Program-made: the position numbers and the translations under genes | In this document: positions 62,232 through 64,000 of the stretch, piece after piece | Layout of the letters: every line of letters begins with the position of its first letter | How positions within the stretch are numbered: position 1 is the first letter of the stretch | Notes under the pieces: model-generated | Told to the model about the DNA's origin: nothing | Seen by the model: the letters and a program-made list of their open reading frames with translations, nothing else | The model's database searches: none | Origin: Pseudomonas sp. | GTDB lineage: Bacteria > Pseudomonadota > Gammaproteobacteria > Pseudomonadales > Pseudomonadaceae | Length of the DNA stretch: 64,000 nt | Direction: 5' to 3' | NCBI GenBank assembly: GCA_036387095.1 | Contig: DASVUK010000146.1 | Coordinates: 45,459 to 109,458, forward strand

Positions 62232-62957
62232 ATGACTCAAGCCACGACACTTCCCGCCTGCTGCCCCGCGCTGATCCATCACTGGCCACTGCCCCACCCG
62301 CTGGACGGCGCAGTGTTGGTGAGCGGTCGGTTCGATCCTGCAAAACTGGCGGCTGACGACTTCCAGCGCTGCCTGATCCCTCAGCCTGCCAGCATTCAGC
62401 GCTCGGTCGCCAAGCGCCAGACCGAGTTTCTCGCCGGGCGGCTGTGCGCAATGCACGCCATGAACCGTCTGGATGGACGGAAAATCGCCCCCGATATCGG
62501 TGCAGACCGTGCGCCGATCTGGCCGGCTGATATCTGCGGCTCCATCACCCACAGCACCGGCTGGGCGGCCGCCATCGTGGCTCACAAACGACAGTGGCGC
62601 GGATTGGGCCTGGACACGGAAAACATGCTCAGCATGGAGCGCGCCACGCGGCTGGCCGGGGAAATCCTGACTGCTGAGGAACTGGCACAAATGGCCGCCG
62701 GCCCTGTCGAGCACATCCCGCTGCGGGTCACCCTGACGTTCTCCATCAAGGAAGCGTTGTTCAAGGCGCTGTATCCCATCGTGCAGCAACGCTTCTACTT
62801 CGAACATGCGCAACTGCTGGAATGGTCCGAGGACGGCCATGTTCGCCTGCGCCTGCTGACCGACCTGTCCAGGGAATGGCACAGCGGCAAGGAGCTGGAG
62901 GGGCAATTCAGCGTGCAGGATGCCCATGTGTTGAGTCTGGTCAGTATTGCGGCCTAA
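62232..62957 (+). CDS. pcpS: 4'-phosphopantetheinyl transferase (EntD/PcpS type)
   Basis: KRQTEFLAGR, P.WP...GSITH, GLDTE and FSIKEALFKA. Confidence 0.88.
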   Translation: MTQATTLPACCPALIHHWPLPHPLDGAVLVSGRFDPAKLAADDFQRCLIPQPASIQRSVAKRQTEFLAGRLCAMHAMNRLDGRKIAPDIGADRAPIWPADICGSITHSTGWAAAIVAHKRQWRGLGLDTENMLSMERATRLAGEILTAEELAQMAAGPVEHIPLRVTLTFSIKEALFKALYPIVQQRFYFEHAQLLEWSEDGHVRLRLLTDLSREWHSGKELEGQFSVQDAHVLSLVSIAA

Positions 62958-63013
62958 CCCACCACCGAACCTGTCGGCTCTCACGAGCAACGCGGGGCAG
63001 CGATAGTTGCGAC

Positions 63014-63688
63014 TCAACCCTTCAACGGGCAATGCTCACACCGCCCAACCCACGCCACCTGATAACTCAAGCAACAACGTCGGCGCTGCCGACGTAGCGG
63101 GTCGCCGACATAGCCCACGGCCTTGAACAGCGGGTTTCGGCGCCCGTCCGGTCGATATGGGTGAGTGAGCAGAGCATCTCCTGCGTCCAGTGGGCGATCC
63201 GTTAACAGACGCAATTGAGTCAGGCAGGTTTCGAGATAATCCCCGGCATTGCCCCATAACACGCTGGCAGCCACGCCGCTGTAAGCCGCCAATGTCGCTA
63301 TGAACGGCTCTAAATTGTCGTCCAGCAGACTGGCAAAACACTCCGACGCCCCAAGCATGGCGCGTGCGCCCGGACCAAAGCGGACACCATCAGGCAAGCC
63401 CCGCTCGTCCAATGCCAGGTTCACTTGATCCAGGCCCAGCGGCCAGTGCCAATCCTCGATCAAGGCAGCAGCCACCACCGGCGGGATCAGCGCCATGAAG
63501 TAGTACTTGGACCATTGGGAAACCAACACCGGCAAATGGCCAGCCAGCAAGTGAGGGCCGTACACCTTTAACAGCAGCGCATCCAGCACTTGCGGCCTGA
63601 GCAGGTCCGGTACGCTATGCAGCGGTCGTGGATCATCAGCGGCCAGCAGCGTGCGTCCAAACAACCCCAATTCGCCGTCATCGTTCAT
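63014..63688 (-). CDS. fhuF: Ferric siderophore reductase, FhuF family
   Basis: SQWSKYY, LWGNAG, NPLF and C-terminal CC-x10-C-x2-C [2Fe-2S] motif (RRCCLSYQVAWVGRCEHCP). Confidence 0.85.
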   Translation of the reverse strand: MNDDGELGLFGRTLLAADDPRPLHSVPDLLRPQVLDALLLKVYGPHLLAGHLPVLVSQWSKYYFMALIPPVVAAALIEDWHWPLGLDQVNLALDERGLPDGVRFGPGARAMLGASECFASLLDDNLEPFIATLAAYSGVAASVLWGNAGDYLETCLTQLRLLTDRPLDAGDALLTHPYRPDGRRNPLFKAVGYVGDPLRRQRRRCCLSYQVAWVGRCEHCPLKG

Positions 63689-64000
63689 TGCGGGTCCTGA
63701 GTGCGAGGCCACGCCAGACTGAAACACGCGCCGCCCAGCTCGGAACTGCGTCCGATCAATGCCCGGCCGCCATGCCAATGGATAATGCGCCGCACAATCG
63801 ACAACCCCAGGCCGTGGCCTCCGGAAGCACGCGTGCGGCTGTCGTCCAGACGCATGAACGGGGTGAAGATCCGCTCCCAGGCGTTTTCCGGAATACCCGG
63901 CCCGTCGTCCTCGATATCAATGCGACAACGATTCGGCGACAGCTCAAAGCTGATCCGCACCTCGGACTCGGCATGACGAATCGCATTACTGACCAGATTC
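63685..64000 (-). CDS. Sensor histidine kinase C-terminus (RstB-like), cut by the window edge
   Basis: NLVSNAIRH, EDDGPG, IFTPF.RLD.SR and GGHGLGL HATPase motifs. Confidence 0.85.
   Translation of the reverse strand, partial: NLVSNAIRHAESEVRISFELSPNRCRIDIEDDGPGIPENAWERIFTPFMRLDDSRTRASGGHGLGLSIVRRIIHWHGGRALIGRSSELGGACFSLAWPRTQDPQ

Overview
A 64-kb stretch of a GC-rich Pseudomonas chromosome (gene order and REP elements typical of non-aeruginosa pseudomonads). It is mostly core genome: the 3' end of galE, an MFS gene, the late cobalamin operon (cobO-cobB-bluB-cbiB-cobD-cobQ-cobU-cobT-cobC-cobS) under a cobalamin riboswitch, two NlpC/P60 lipoproteins, a sirtuin, hda, purMN, cysM-rlmD-relA-mazG, pirRS-like TCS, gacS, ldhA, arsC-wrbA, ttcA, dctA, phoPQ, pcpS, fhuF and the end of an RstB-like kinase. 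Accessory content is a secreted maltotetraose-forming amylase with a starch-binding domain sitting between cysM and pirS, and a 12-kb hydroxyproline (lhp) catabolic cluster between the tag-like gene and ttcA. There are about 11 REP/REPIN sites; I found no tRNA, rRNA, CRISPR, transposase or phage genes. I did not find a clearly novel multi-gene system. The best leads are the amylase in the pirA slot, a truncated and diverged OprH-like protein still under a PhoP box, a REPIN-centred tandem duplication carrying the ends of relA and mazG, a repeated CGTATAC operator across an lhp cluster that lacks its two downstream enzymes, and two small ORFs below the ORF-track cutoff. Homology calls come from motif recognition and recall of characterised proteins, not database searches.
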